Shown here: positions 29,431-38,819 of the stretch, one piece after another
Numbering within the stretch: position 1 is the first letter of the stretch
How the letters are laid out: each line of letters starts with the position of its first letter
Source of the DNA: Bacillota bacterium
GTDB lineage: Bacteria > Bacillota > Clostridia > Oscillospirales > Acutalibacteraceae
Length of the DNA stretch: 64,000 nucleotides
NCBI GenBank assembly: GCA_023410445.1
Contig: JAEYPT010000006.1
Location: 157,286 to 221,285 of the forward strand
Reading direction: 5' to 3'
The notes under the pieces: model-generated
What the model saw: only the letters and a program-made list of their open reading frames with translations
Databases searched by the model: none
What the model was told of the DNA's origin: nothing
Translations under genes and position numbers: made by a program

Positions 29431-30264
29431 ATGGAAAAAACAATTTTTGTTCTTCTGGACGGATGCGGTTTCCGTTCCGCCGGAGATAACCTCGGCTATG
29501 CGGAACATCTCATTGAACAGAAGCTTGGCGCGAAATACCGGGTCCGCGGGGAGCTGCCCTCCCTGTCGCGCCCGATGTATGAGACACTTCTGACCGGTTT
29601 GCCCGTTCACCGGCACGGAATTACCAACAATCTCGCCGTACGGCGATCCACCTGCGAAAGCGTATTCGGGCTCTGCCGTAAAAACGGACGGAAAGCTGCC
29701 GCCGCGGCTTATTACTGGATCAGCGAGCTGTATGTTCGGGCGCCGTTCTCCCCCGTATCGGACCGGATTCAACTCGATTCGGAAAGCGTCATTTCAAACG
29801 GCATCTACTATTTTGAAGACAACTACCCGGATTCGCATGTTTTCGCCGATGCGGAATTTCTTCGTGCCCGGTGCGACCCGGATTTTCTGATGATCCACAG
29901 CATGAACATCGACGACGCGGGCCATCACTTTACCTCGGAAAGCCGCGAATATGAAACGGCGGTTGCGAAAGTCGACACCGTAATTTCTACCTGCCTGCCC
30001 GGCTGGCTGGAACTCGGCTACAGCGTCGTGATCACCGCCGACCACGGAATGAACGCCGTCGGCCTTCACGGCGGCAACACGGACGCACAGCGTGCGGTTC
30101 CGCTGTACCTTTTCACAAAGGGTGCGGCGACCGGTGATTTTTCGGAAGAATCGGTGATTTCCGAGCTGTGTATCGCTCCCCTCCTGTGCCGTCTGCTCGG
30201 CATTGCCCCATCCCCCGGAATGAAAACTCCGGAAGAGATTGGGGGAATCTTCTTTGAAAAATAA
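29431..30264 (+). CDS. Alkaline-phosphatase superfamily (nucleotide pyrophosphatase/phosphodiesterase-like) enzyme
   Basis: VLLDG, PSLSRPMYETLLTG, IDDAGH, ITADHG, LHGG. Confidence 0.85.
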   Translation: MEKTIFVLLDGCGFRSAGDNLGYAEHLIEQKLGAKYRVRGELPSLSRPMYETLLTGLPVHRHGITNNLAVRRSTCESVFGLCRKNGRKAAAAAYYWISELYVRAPFSPVSDRIQLDSESVISNGIYYFEDNYPDSHVFADAEFLRARCDPDFLMIHSMNIDDAGHHFTSESREYETAVAKVDTVISTCLPGWLELGYSVVITADHGMNAVGLHGGNTDAQRAVPLYLFTKGAATGDFSEESVISELCIAPLLCRLLGIAPSPGMKTPEEIGGIFFEK

Positions 30265-31102
30265 GCACATCGGGCTGCATCTGCTTGCGCTGCTTCCGTT
30301 TCTCCTGCTGGTGCTTTTCTTTGAAATTGCTCCGCTGGCAACCGTGATCTTTCGCAGCTTCATGCCGGAGGATTCGTTCGGGTTCACGCTGCAAAACTAT
30401 GCAGATGTGTTCTCAAAAACGCTTTACCGGCAAGCCGTGTGGAACAGCGTCATCATTTCCGCGGTCTCTTCGGCGGCCGGAATCGTCATTGCGTTCTTCG
30501 GAGCCAAAGCGGTTCGCAGCGTCGGGGGGAAGCTGAAAAATTTCTTTATCAGCGTTCTGAATATGACCTCCAACTTTGCAGGCATCCCGCTGGCCTTTGC
30601 CTACATCATCCTGCTGGGAAACGTCGGCGTGCTGATTATTCTCGGGAAACGGCTCGGTCTTTCTTTCCTCTCCGGCTTTAACCTTTATAGCTCCGCGGGA
30701 CTGATGCTGACCTACGTCTACTTTCAGGTTCCGCTCGCGACGCTCCTGCTAATCCCGGCCTTTGACGGAATCCACCCGCAGTGGGACGAATCCGTCCGCC
30801 TGCTGGGCGGTAGCGAGTTCACCTTCTGGCGTCGTGTGGGAATTCCGGTGCTGATGCCCAGCATCCTCGGCACGGTCAGCGTGCTGTTCGCCAACGCCCT
30901 CGCAGCCTACGCGACCGCTTACGCCCTGCTGCAGAACAATTTTTCGATTCTGCCCATCCGGCTTCAGGAGCAGTTTACCGGCGACATCGTGCAGCACAAG
31001 GAGCTTGGAAGCGCGCTCGCGGTGGTGCTGATGCTGCTTATGATTCTTGCGATCGGCATCAACAACTATATCTTGAAACGGAGCAGGAGGGCTGACTCAT
31101 GA
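30254..31102 (+). CDS. ABC transporter permease
   Basis: Six TM helices, EAA-like loop ESVRLLGG; TTG start overlaps the upstream stop region. Confidence 0.85.
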   Translation: MKNKHIGLHLLALLPFLLLVLFFEIAPLATVIFRSFMPEDSFGFTLQNYADVFSKTLYRQAVWNSVIISAVSSAAGIVIAFFGAKAVRSVGGKLKNFFISVLNMTSNFAGIPLAFAYIILLGNVGVLIILGKRLGLSFLSGFNLYSSAGLMLTYVYFQVPLATLLLIPAFDGIHPQWDESVRLLGGSEFTFWRRVGIPVLMPSILGTVSVLFANALAAYATAYALLQNNFSILPIRLQEQFTGDIVQHKELGSALAVVLMLLMILAIGINNYILKRSRRADS

Positions 31103-31887
31103 AGAAGAAACGGTCTTCGGCCATCTGGATTATTCTGGTGTGCATCTACCTGATTCTGCCCCTTGCACTCACCTTTCTGTACTCGGTGTTTCAGGACTGG
31201 ACGGATATTCTGCCGAAGGGCTTCACACTGCAATACTTCCGGCAGGTGTTTTCCGACCTCGCCTTCTGGACGGCGCTTGGGCGAACCGTGCTGATCTCGG
31301 TGCTGTCCATCGCTGCCTGCACGGTCATCATCCTGCTGGCGATGTACGTCATCGTGGTTTATCTGCCTAAGCTGGACCGGATCATGCAGCTTCTCTGCAT
31401 GGTGCCCTACGCGATTCAGGGAATCATTCTGGCGGTAGGCATTCTCTCCCTTTACACGGACGCGCCGCTGCCGTTTTCGGACCGAACCTTCATGCTGACC
31501 TCCGCCTACTGCGTGATGGTTCTGCCTTACATGTACCAGAGTGTAAAAAACAACTTGACCGCCATTAACACGCCCTGCCTGATGGAGGCTGCCCAGATTC
31601 TCGGGGCCGGAAAGCTGTTCGCGTTTTTCCGAATCGTCGTGCCGAACATCTTTTCCGGAATCATCATTTCCATGATGCTATCCATCTCGATGGTCTTCGG
31701 GGACTTCGTCATGGTCAATACCATCGGGGGAAGCTATTTTGAAACCGCCCAGATGTACCTCTATAAATCGCTCGCGGTCTCCGGGCAGTTCTCCAGCGCG
31801 CTGATCGTCGTGCTGTTCGTCACAACGCTGCTCATTTCCGGGGCCTTCGTCAACCTCCGGCGCAGCAAAAAGGAATCCGGGAGGTAG
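31099..31887 (+). CDS. ABC transporter permease
   Basis: EAAQILGA loop; ATGA overlap. Confidence 0.88.
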   Translation: MKKKRSSAIWIILVCIYLILPLALTFLYSVFQDWTDILPKGFTLQYFRQVFSDLAFWTALGRTVLISVLSIAACTVIILLAMYVIVVYLPKLDRIMQLLCMVPYAIQGIILAVGILSLYTDAPLPFSDRTFMLTSAYCVMVLPYMYQSVKNNLTAINTPCLMEAAQILGAGKLFAFFRIVVPNIFSGIIISMMLSISMVFGDFVMVNTIGGSYFETAQMYLYKSLAVSGQFSSALIVVLFVTTLLISGAFVNLRRSKKESGR

Positions 31888-31892
31888 GCTCT

Positions 31893-32906
31893 GTGTCTTA
31901 CATACAAATTGAAAATCTGCATAAATCGTTCGGCGCGGCCAAGGTGCTCAAAGATGTCAGTCTTTCCGTCGAACGCGGGCAGCTTGTCACCCTGCTCGGC
32001 CCCTCCGGCTGCGGCAAAAGCACGCTGCTGCGCTGCCTTGCCGGGCTGGAGGAGGTCACCTCCGGCCGGATTTTTCTGGACGGCGAGGATATCACAGAAA
32101 AAAGCCCGAAGGAACGCATGCTCGGCATGGTGTTCCAGCAGTACAGTCTCTTCCCGAACCTGACGGTCGCCGAGAACATCGCCTTCGGCCTTAAATTGAA
32201 GAGGCTTTCCCGGAGCGACACGGAAAAACGCGTCCGCGAAATGATCGCGACGGTAAATCTGGAGGGCAAGGAAAACGAGTACCCCGCCCAGCTTTCCGGC
32301 GGGCAGCAGCAGCGTGTCGCACTGGCGAGGTCGATTGCGACGGAACCGCGCGTTCTGCTGCTGGATGAACCCCTGAGCGCCATCGATGCGAAGCTCCGCA
32401 AGGAGCTGCAGACCCGCATCCGCGAAATCAACCGGAACCTCGGCATCACGACGATCTTTGTGACGCACGATCAGGACGAAGCCATGATTCTGAGCGACGT
32501 GATCTATCTGTTCCGCGAAGGGGTCATCGAGCAGTCCGGAAAACCGACCGAGCTTTACACCTCCCCGAAAACGAAGTTTGCGGCGGAATTCATCGGGAAC
32601 TACAACATTCTTTCGGAGAGCGACTTCCGCAAAATTTCCGGCTCCGAAGCAAACCCGAACGGGAATATCGCCATACGGCCCGAGACCTTTTCGGTTTCGG
32701 CCAGCCCCGCCGCGCCCGATGGGGATCGGTATGTGTTCGAGTCTACCGTGTGCTCCCACATCTCCCATGGGAATGTCCTGCGCTATAAGGTGCTGATTCA
32801 GGACGTTCCCGTTTACGTCGACGTCCTGTTTCGCAGCTTTCAGCTGTTCGAAAACGGACAAAAGCTTTACCTGAGTGTGGAAAAGAAAAACTGTCTGCCG
32901 GTATAA
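31893..32906 (+). CDS. ABC transporter ATP-binding protein (PotA-like)
   Basis: GPSGCGKS, LSGGQQQR, LLLDEP, VTHDQDEA. Confidence 0.92.
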   Translation: MSYIQIENLHKSFGAAKVLKDVSLSVERGQLVTLLGPSGCGKSTLLRCLAGLEEVTSGRIFLDGEDITEKSPKERMLGMVFQQYSLFPNLTVAENIAFGLKLKRLSRSDTEKRVREMIATVNLEGKENEYPAQLSGGQQQRVALARSIATEPRVLLLDEPLSAIDAKLRKELQTRIREINRNLGITTIFVTHDQDEAMILSDVIYLFREGVIEQSGKPTELYTSPKTKFAAEFIGNYNILSESDFRKISGSEANPNGNIAIRPETFSVSASPAAPDGDRYVFESTVCSHISHGNVLRYKVLIQDVPVYVDVLFRSFQLFENGQKLYLSVEKKNCLPV

Positions 32907-33065
32907 GCTCCATGACTGCCGTATGCCGCACCGAAGCTTTCGCTCTGGCGCGGCACTTTTTTGTCTCGACAATTCGGTTATTGGAAATCCGTTTCTTTTA
33001 TGCTATACTGCAATCACCAAGAAAAAGCCGAAAGAAACCGAGGGTCCGATAAAGGAGACTTTTCT

Positions 33066-34301
33066 ATGTTATACCGCGAAATGGGCAAAACCGGAGACAA
33101 ACTTTCGATTCTGGGGTACGGCTGCATGCGGTTCCCGAAAAAGGACGGCAAGATCGACATAGAGCGCACCGAGGCGCAGATTCGGCGCGCCATCGAGGCC
33201 GGCGTTAACTACTTCGACACCGCTTACGTCTACCCGCACAGCGAAGAGGTGCTGGGTGAAATTCTCGCAAAAGGGCTTCGGGACAAGGTAAAGCTCGCAA
33301 CGAAATTACCGGCCTTCCTGATTCAGTCGTACAAGGGCATGGAGAGCACGCTCCTGACCTCGCTGAAGCGCCTGCAAACCGATCATATCGACTACTACCT
33401 GATCCACGCGCTCAACAATTTTGACGGCTGGCAGCGGATGAAAGACATGGGTGTGGTCGACTTTCTGCAAAAGCAGCGGGAAGCGGGACGAATCGACCGG
33501 ATCGGGTTTTCCTACCACGGTCAAACGGAGGAGTTTAAAAAGATCATCGACGATTACGACTGGGATTTCTGCCAGATTCAATACAATTACCTCGACGAGT
33601 ACAGTCAGGCTGGCACCGAAGGACTGGAATACGCGGGTTCCAAAGGGCTGGGCGTAATCATCATGGAGCCGCTGCGGGGCGGTCTGCTCGCAACCCGTCT
33701 GCCGAAGGAGGCATGGGAGGTTCTGGAGGCGGGCAAAGGAACGCGGTCCCCGGCGGAGCGTGCGCTTCGCTGGCTGTGGAACCACCCGCAGGTTACAACG
33801 GTGCTCTCCGGCATGAACGGAGAAGACCAGATTGAGGAAAATCTGCGCACGGCGGACGCGGCGCTGCCCCTCTCGCTCACAAACGGGGAGCTCGCGGAAA
33901 TCGGCAGAGCGCGGGATATTATTATAGAAAAGATGAAAGTCGGCTGCACGGGCTGCAGCTACTGTATGCCCTGCCCGGCGGGCGTCAACATTCCCTTGTG
34001 CTTCACGTATTATAACAACAAATATCTCTCCGACGGCGCCGCCGAAAGCCGTATGCTTTACCTGAGCATGACCATCGGAAAGGACGGGGAAAAACCCTCC
34101 TATGCCTCGCTGTGCAAAAGCTGCGGCAAATGCGAGCAGCACTGCCCGCAGCATCTTCCGATCCGCCGGCACCTCAAAGAGGTTGCGCGGGAAATGGAGG
34201 GGTTCTATTTCCGGCCGCTCTGCGGAGCGATCCACGGTTATTACCGGGTAAAAAACCGGTTCAGCCGCAAACGCGCGTCCTCTTCCGAAAACGGCCGGTA
34301 A
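33066..34301 (+). CDS. Aldo/keto reductase with C-terminal Fe-S dicluster
   Basis: LGYGCMRF, YFDTAYVY, IMEPLRGG, CTGCSYCMPCP and CKSCGKCEQHCP; ATG follows AAGGAG. Confidence 0.9.
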   Translation: MLYREMGKTGDKLSILGYGCMRFPKKDGKIDIERTEAQIRRAIEAGVNYFDTAYVYPHSEEVLGEILAKGLRDKVKLATKLPAFLIQSYKGMESTLLTSLKRLQTDHIDYYLIHALNNFDGWQRMKDMGVVDFLQKQREAGRIDRIGFSYHGQTEEFKKIIDDYDWDFCQIQYNYLDEYSQAGTEGLEYAGSKGLGVIIMEPLRGGLLATRLPKEAWEVLEAGKGTRSPAERALRWLWNHPQVTTVLSGMNGEDQIEENLRTADAALPLSLTNGELAEIGRARDIIIEKMKVGCTGCSYCMPCPAGVNIPLCFTYYNNKYLSDGAAESRMLYLSMTIGKDGEKPSYASLCKSCGKCEQHCPQHLPIRRHLKEVAREMEGFYFRPLCGAIHGYYRVKNRFSRKRASSSENGR

Positions 34302-34337
34302 ACCCCGGCCGCCACGCTTGGGGAAGGCCCATCCTGC

Positions 34338-34366
34338 TTGACATTTACTGGAAGATGGGTTAAGAT
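34338..34366 (+). promoter_or_regulatory. Sigma-A promoter for the type IV filament-like operon
   Basis: TTGACA-17 bp-TAAGAT about 140 nt upstream of the first gene. Confidence 0.6.
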
Positions 34367-34506
34367 GGCATTGATTCTTCCAATGGTTTTGAAGCGGATT
34401 TTTGGCAGATTCTATATTCGAAATTTTAAAAACAATGTCAGAAAAGCTGCCCGGCTCCATGGGTTCAGCGTTATGAGACAGAACGAATCACCGGGGAGGG
34501 AAGCGA

Positions 34507-35607
34507 ATGCGCAAAAAATACATACTGCCGGTTCTGCTGACGCTTCTTCTGTTGCTTCCCGCGTGTACCACGGCTGAATGCCCGACACTGTCGTCTGTTC
34601 CGCCCCCCGAATCGCGCTATAGCTCCGGTGCGGCGTCTTCGGCAGCCTCCGGTGTTTCTTCCACCGTTGCATCCTCTGAAGAAGCGGCTTCTTCTCGGGC
34701 GTCGTCAGCTTCCTCGGCATTGCCTCAGAGCTCTTTCGGCATTTCTTCTTCGACCCGTCCCTCTTCGTCTGCCGGGGGGACTTCCTCTCAGGCTCCGCCG
34801 TCTTCTTCCAAGGCGGTCGTCCTGAACTCTTCCCTGCCGCCGAAAGCTTCGCCGGGCGGAACACCGATGCCTCCGGTCACGGCGGCCATGCCTTATGCCT
34901 CCGGCAGTTCCGTATTTTCCCAGAACGGCGCGGATATTGATTACAGCAATGCCTCACAGGGCTATATTATGGTGAAGTACGGCGGCTCGGCAAGGATAAA
35001 GGTTCTGGTCTATTTTAACGGCGGCTCTTCGTTTTACCAATACAGCATTTCCGGTGGAAGCGGCTATACGGTGCTTCCCCTGCAAAGCGGAAGCGGCACC
35101 TATCGGGTGCGCTTTATGCAGAACGTGGAGGGCAATGTTTACGCCGAGCTGTGCTCCACGGAAATCGGCGCTTCCGTCAGCGGTGCGGGCTATACCCTGT
35201 ACCCGAATCAATACGTAAATTACACGCGGTCTTCCGCGGCGGTCGCCAAAGCAGCAAGCCTGTGCGCGCAGGCAACGAGCAACTCCGCCAAGGTCTCCGC
35301 GATCTACCGCTTTATCACTGGGAATGTTCGGTACGATTACGCCAAGGCAAACAGCGTGCAGTCGGGGTATCTGCCGAATGTGGACAGTACGCTCGCCTCA
35401 AGGAAGGGAATCTGCTTCGACTATTCCGCTCTGATGGCGACCATGTGCCGCTCCCAGGGGATTCCGACCCGGCTGGTCATCGGAACCGCAAGCGTGGGCT
35501 ACCACGCCTGGAACGAGGTATATCTGGGCGGCTGGATTCGCTATGACTCCACGTTCGGCGCGGCCGGCCAGACGGTCAGCAGCTATACGGCGGAAAAATA
35601 CTACTGA
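34507..35607 (+). CDS. Transglutaminase-like (Cys-His-Asp) lipoprotein with Ser-rich linker
   Basis: Lipobox LPAC, ~90-aa Ser/Pro-rich spacer, GICFDYS / YHAWNEV / RYDST triad motifs. Confidence 0.85.
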   Translation: MRKKYILPVLLTLLLLLPACTTAECPTLSSVPPPESRYSSGAASSAASGVSSTVASSEEAASSRASSASSALPQSSFGISSSTRPSSSAGGTSSQAPPSSSKAVVLNSSLPPKASPGGTPMPPVTAAMPYASGSSVFSQNGADIDYSNASQGYIMVKYGGSARIKVLVYFNGGSSFYQYSISGGSGYTVLPLQSGSGTYRVRFMQNVEGNVYAELCSTEIGASVSGAGYTLYPNQYVNYTRSSAAVAKAASLCAQATSNSAKVSAIYRFITGNVRYDYAKANSVQSGYLPNVDSTLASRKGICFDYSALMATMCRSQGIPTRLVIGTASVGYHAWNEVYLGGWIRYDSTFGAAGQTVSSYTAEKYY

Positions 35608-35645
35608 CCGCATTCCGGGCTCTTACAAAAGGAGGATGGACCATC

Positions 35646-36713
35646 ATGAAAAGCACCGATGGAAAACAGGGAAAAAACAGTCCGCTCGCTTCGAGCGACG
35701 TTTCCCTTTTCTGCTCGCAGGTCGTTCTGATTCTGAAGGCGGCAATTCCCCTGCAGGAGGGAATCGGGGCCATCAGTGAGAACATCGAAACGGCCCGTGG
35801 GAAGAAACTCATTCTTGAAATTCAGGAAGAGCTGGAGCAAAACAGCTCCCTTTACACGGCGCTGAGCAAAACCGGGGCGTTCCCCGGCTATATGGTCCAT
35901 ATGGTCGACATCGGCGAAAAGGCCGGGCGGCTCGACAGCGTGATGGAAGGTCTTTCGAATTACTACGCGTGGGAAGACCGTCTTCGCCGCCGTGTGCGCA
36001 GCGCGATTCTGTACCCGCTGGTGCTCGTTCTGATGATGGCGGCGGTGGTTGCCGTGATGGTTGTGAAAGCCCTCCCCGCCTTTAACGACGTCTTTCTCGA
36101 TCTCGGGGGTGACATGTCCGCCACCGCAAAGGTCGTCATCGGCGCGGGAATGGCGACCGGCCGGTACGCGCTGATCGTTATCCTGATTCTCGCAGTCCTC
36201 CTGATCGCCGTGCTGATTCTCAGTGCAACGGATTCGGGCTCCCGCAGGCTGGTCGGCTTCGTCGCCCGCTTCGGTCCAACCCGCCGCCTTTCCGATAAAA
36301 TCGCATCGGCGCGCTTCGCCTCCGTCATGTCCATGATGCTTGCCACCGGCTACGACACCAGCGAGGCGTTGGAGCTAATTCCCGATATCATTTCCAGCGA
36401 AACCGTGATTGAAAAGGTCAAAAAATCGCGGCAGGCTGTGGAAGAGGGCCAATCCTTCGCAAAGGCTCTCGAAAAGGTTCGGATGTTCCCCGGTATTTAT
36501 TCCAGCATGATCCATCTGGGTGTCAAGACCGGCAGTCTGGATACGGTAATGAACCGCCTCGCCGAGATTTACAGCGAAGATGTGGACGATTCCATCAATC
36601 GCGCGGTCTCCGTGATTGAGCCGGTCATGGTCGCCGTTCTGTCCGTCGTTATCGGCGCCATTCTGCTTTCCGTCATGCTCCCGCTGATGGGAATTCTGTC
36701 GTCCATCGGATAA
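35646..36713 (+). CDS. Type II secretion F / PilC-family platform protein
   Basis: Two T2SSF repeats (IGEKAGRLD...SAILYP; LGVKTGSLD...IEPVMV) with TM helices. Confidence 0.9.
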   Translation: MKSTDGKQGKNSPLASSDVSLFCSQVVLILKAAIPLQEGIGAISENIETARGKKLILEIQEELEQNSSLYTALSKTGAFPGYMVHMVDIGEKAGRLDSVMEGLSNYYAWEDRLRRRVRSAILYPLVLVLMMAAVVAVMVVKALPAFNDVFLDLGGDMSATAKVVIGAGMATGRYALIVILILAVLLIAVLILSATDSGSRRLVGFVARFGPTRRLSDKIASARFASVMSMMLATGYDTSEALELIPDIISSETVIEKVKKSRQAVEEGQSFAKALEKVRMFPGIYSSMIHLGVKTGSLDTVMNRLAEIYSEDVDDSINRAVSVIEPVMVAVLSVVIGAILLSVMLPLMGILSSIG

Positions 36714-36733
36714 CGGCAAAGGGGGCTGTTTTC

Positions 36734-37057
36734 TTGCATATTTATAAGACAAAGACGGCCCATACGGGCCTGATTCTCCCGGCGGTGATCTTCTGCCTGA
36801 TGCTGGCGCTGTTCTGGTACGGGTTCAGCAGTTCCGCGAAAGGAAACAGCGCGCGCGACTTGCAGGTCACGCAGGCGGCCATTCAGAAAGCGGTCGTAAA
36901 CTGCTACGCGATCGAGGGGGTCTACCCTCCCGATGAAAAATATTTGGAAGACCATTACGGCCTTGTGATCAATCACGAAAAGTATATCGTACAGTATGAA
37001 TCAGCCGGTTCCAACGTCATGCCCTCGGTAGAGGTTCTGGTAAAGGGAAACGGATGA
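36734..37057 (+). CDS. Small pilin/pseudopilin-like protein
   Basis: Basic leader, hydrophobic helix, AVVNCYAIEGVYPP segment reminiscent of GspG-type pseudopilins; operon context. Confidence 0.55.
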   Translation: MHIYKTKTAHTGLILPAVIFCLMLALFWYGFSSSAKGNSARDLQVTQAAIQKAVVNCYAIEGVYPPDEKYLEDHYGLVINHEKYIVQYESAGSNVMPSVEVLVKGNG

Positions 37058-37118
37058 TTTCATCCATAAAACTACAGGCTGCGGAACGGAAAACCGCAGG
37101 AAAGGCAGGAGGAAGCCA

Positions 37119-37583
37119 ATGAACGGAAAACGCACCCATTCATTCGATACGGTTTTCGTGCTTCTGATCTTCTGCCTGTTTGCGGTCTGTTCCTTGTTTC
37201 TGGTGCTGATCGGGGCGAACGTTTACACAAAAATCGTCGGGCAGATGGAAGCGAACAACGAAACCCGCGCTTCGCTCTCTTACGTAGCAAACAAAGTGCA
37301 CGCCGCCGGAAGCGGTGAGGTTTCCCTGCAGACGGTAAACGGCCAGCAGACGCTGGTGATTGCCTCCCGCCTGAACAACGAGGATTACCGCACCTATATC
37401 TATGAATATAAGGGCTCCCTCATGGAGCTGTTCACCGACGCGAAGAACCCTCTCACCCCGGGAAGCGGCGATAAAATCACCGCGGTTTCCGGCTTTAAAA
37501 TGGCACAGACCGGCCGGGACCTGGCTCTTTCCGTGACAGATCGGAACCGGCGAACGCTCACGCTTGACCTCTTCCTCCCATAG
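37119..37583 (+). CDS. Minor pilin-like protein (DUF4860-like)
   Basis: N-terminal hydrophobic helix, SLSYVANKV, TYIYEYKGSLMELF. Confidence 0.65.
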   Translation: MNGKRTHSFDTVFVLLIFCLFAVCSLFLVLIGANVYTKIVGQMEANNETRASLSYVANKVHAAGSGEVSLQTVNGQQTLVIASRLNNEDYRTYIYEYKGSLMELFTDAKNPLTPGSGDKITAVSGFKMAQTGRDLALSVTDRNRRTLTLDLFLP

Positions 37584-37631
37584 AGCGCCATCAGACAATT
37601 AAAAACCGAAGGAAGAAAGGGGGAACCGGGT

Positions 37632-38087
37632 ATGAAGCGCAGCGACGGCTCAATCAACAGCTTTTTTATTGAAATCATTATCGTCATCTGTTTTTTCGCT
37701 ATCTCCGCCGCGGTCACACTCCAGCTTTTCGCCGCGGCCAACAGCCGGGCGCAGCAGAGCAGCGACCTCAGCGCGGCAGTCGTTCAGGCGCAGGATGTCG
37801 CCGAGCGGCTTAAAGGTGTTTCCTCTGCGGAGGAATTCGCCGGAACGCTTCAGGCTGCCGTCAGCACTTTCTCGGACGGAACCGAACACCTACGGCTGGA
37901 TTACGACAAAGCGTGGAACCGAACCCGAAGCGCCCCTTATTACACCGTTGACGTCGCCCTGACGAAAGATACAGCGGAAGGCGGCACACTGCTAAAGGCG
38001 GACATTTCCGTTCTCCGCCGGAAAGTGAGCGGGGACAGTAAACTCTATACACTGAACACAGCCCGGTATCTGCCGAAGGCGCCGTAA
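37632..38087 (+). CDS. Minor pilin-like protein (PilV/GspI-like)
   Basis: SFFIEIIIVICFFAISAAVTLQLF class III-like helix with Glu; AQDVAERLK. Confidence 0.6.
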   Translation: MKRSDGSINSFFIEIIIVICFFAISAAVTLQLFAAANSRAQQSSDLSAAVVQAQDVAERLKGVSSAEEFAGTLQAAVSTFSDGTEHLRLDYDKAWNRTRSAPYYTVDVALTKDTAEGGTLLKADISVLRRKVSGDSKLYTLNTARYLPKAP

Positions 38088-38108
38088 AAAAGGAAAGGAG
38101 GGAATTCC

Positions 38109-38744
38109 ATGAAACAGAAAGGCAATTTTCAGTTCAGCGTGGGCGGTGCGTCCATTCTGATGATCTTTGTGGTCCTCTGCCTGACCGCTTTCGGGATTCT
38201 TTCCTATGTCACCGCAAACGCCGACAGCCGCATCTCCGCAAAGAATGCGGAGGCGGTGCAGAACTACTACAAAGCCGATGGGAAAATTCAGGAGAGTCTC
38301 AAACAGATCGACGCCGTGCTTCTCACGGCAAAAGCCGACGCAAAACAGGCGGCGGACGCAGGAAGCCTCGGCGAGCTGAAAAATAAAGCCCTGTATCAGG
38401 ATAGCACCAAGCTGACGCCGATTCTGAACGCCAAACTCTCCGGTGCCGTGAAATACGACGCGTGCTACCGGATTTTCGCCCGGATTCTTCTTTCCCAGTG
38501 CCCCGGCGTTGCGGTCGAGGCCGCGCAGGACGGTGACGACACGCTCACCTGTTCCCTAACCGCCGAAGCGGACCAAAACCGGAAAATTGAAGTAAACCTG
38601 ACGGTTGGCTCCTACGCGGACGCCGATCGATACAAAATCACGCACGAGCAGCTCATCGGAACGCAGAGTCAGGCGGCCGGTTCCGAAATCCCGGACGACG
38701 GTGGAACGCTTCACCTGTGGCAGGGCGGCAGCAAAGCCCCGTGA
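38109..38744 (+). CDS. Minor pilin-like protein (PilX/GspK-like N-terminus)
   Basis: GGASILMIFVVLCLTAFGILS helix lacking Glu5, followed by the YYKAD motif. Confidence 0.55.
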   Translation: MKQKGNFQFSVGGASILMIFVVLCLTAFGILSYVTANADSRISAKNAEAVQNYYKADGKIQESLKQIDAVLLTAKADAKQAADAGSLGELKNKALYQDSTKLTPILNAKLSGAVKYDACYRIFARILLSQCPGVAVEAAQDGDDTLTCSLTAEADQNRKIEVNLTVGSYADADRYKITHEQLIGTQSQAAGSEIPDDGGTLHLWQGGSKAP

Positions 38745-38819
38745 TCCCCCGGCAAGACCGGAAACCCGCCGCCTCCCGGCCGGAGCGGTGTCGGAACAAA
38801 AGCAGGCCGGAGGAATCAA

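Noticed and set aside
34367..34506. Riboswitch in the leader of the PilT operon
   Set aside because: I could not recognise any known aptamer consensus or terminator; an Rfam search would settle it.
34590..34850. TCTTC-rich low-complexity tract as a contingency repeat
   Set aside because: It encodes a Ser-rich linker with mixed codons and no perfect tandem unit.
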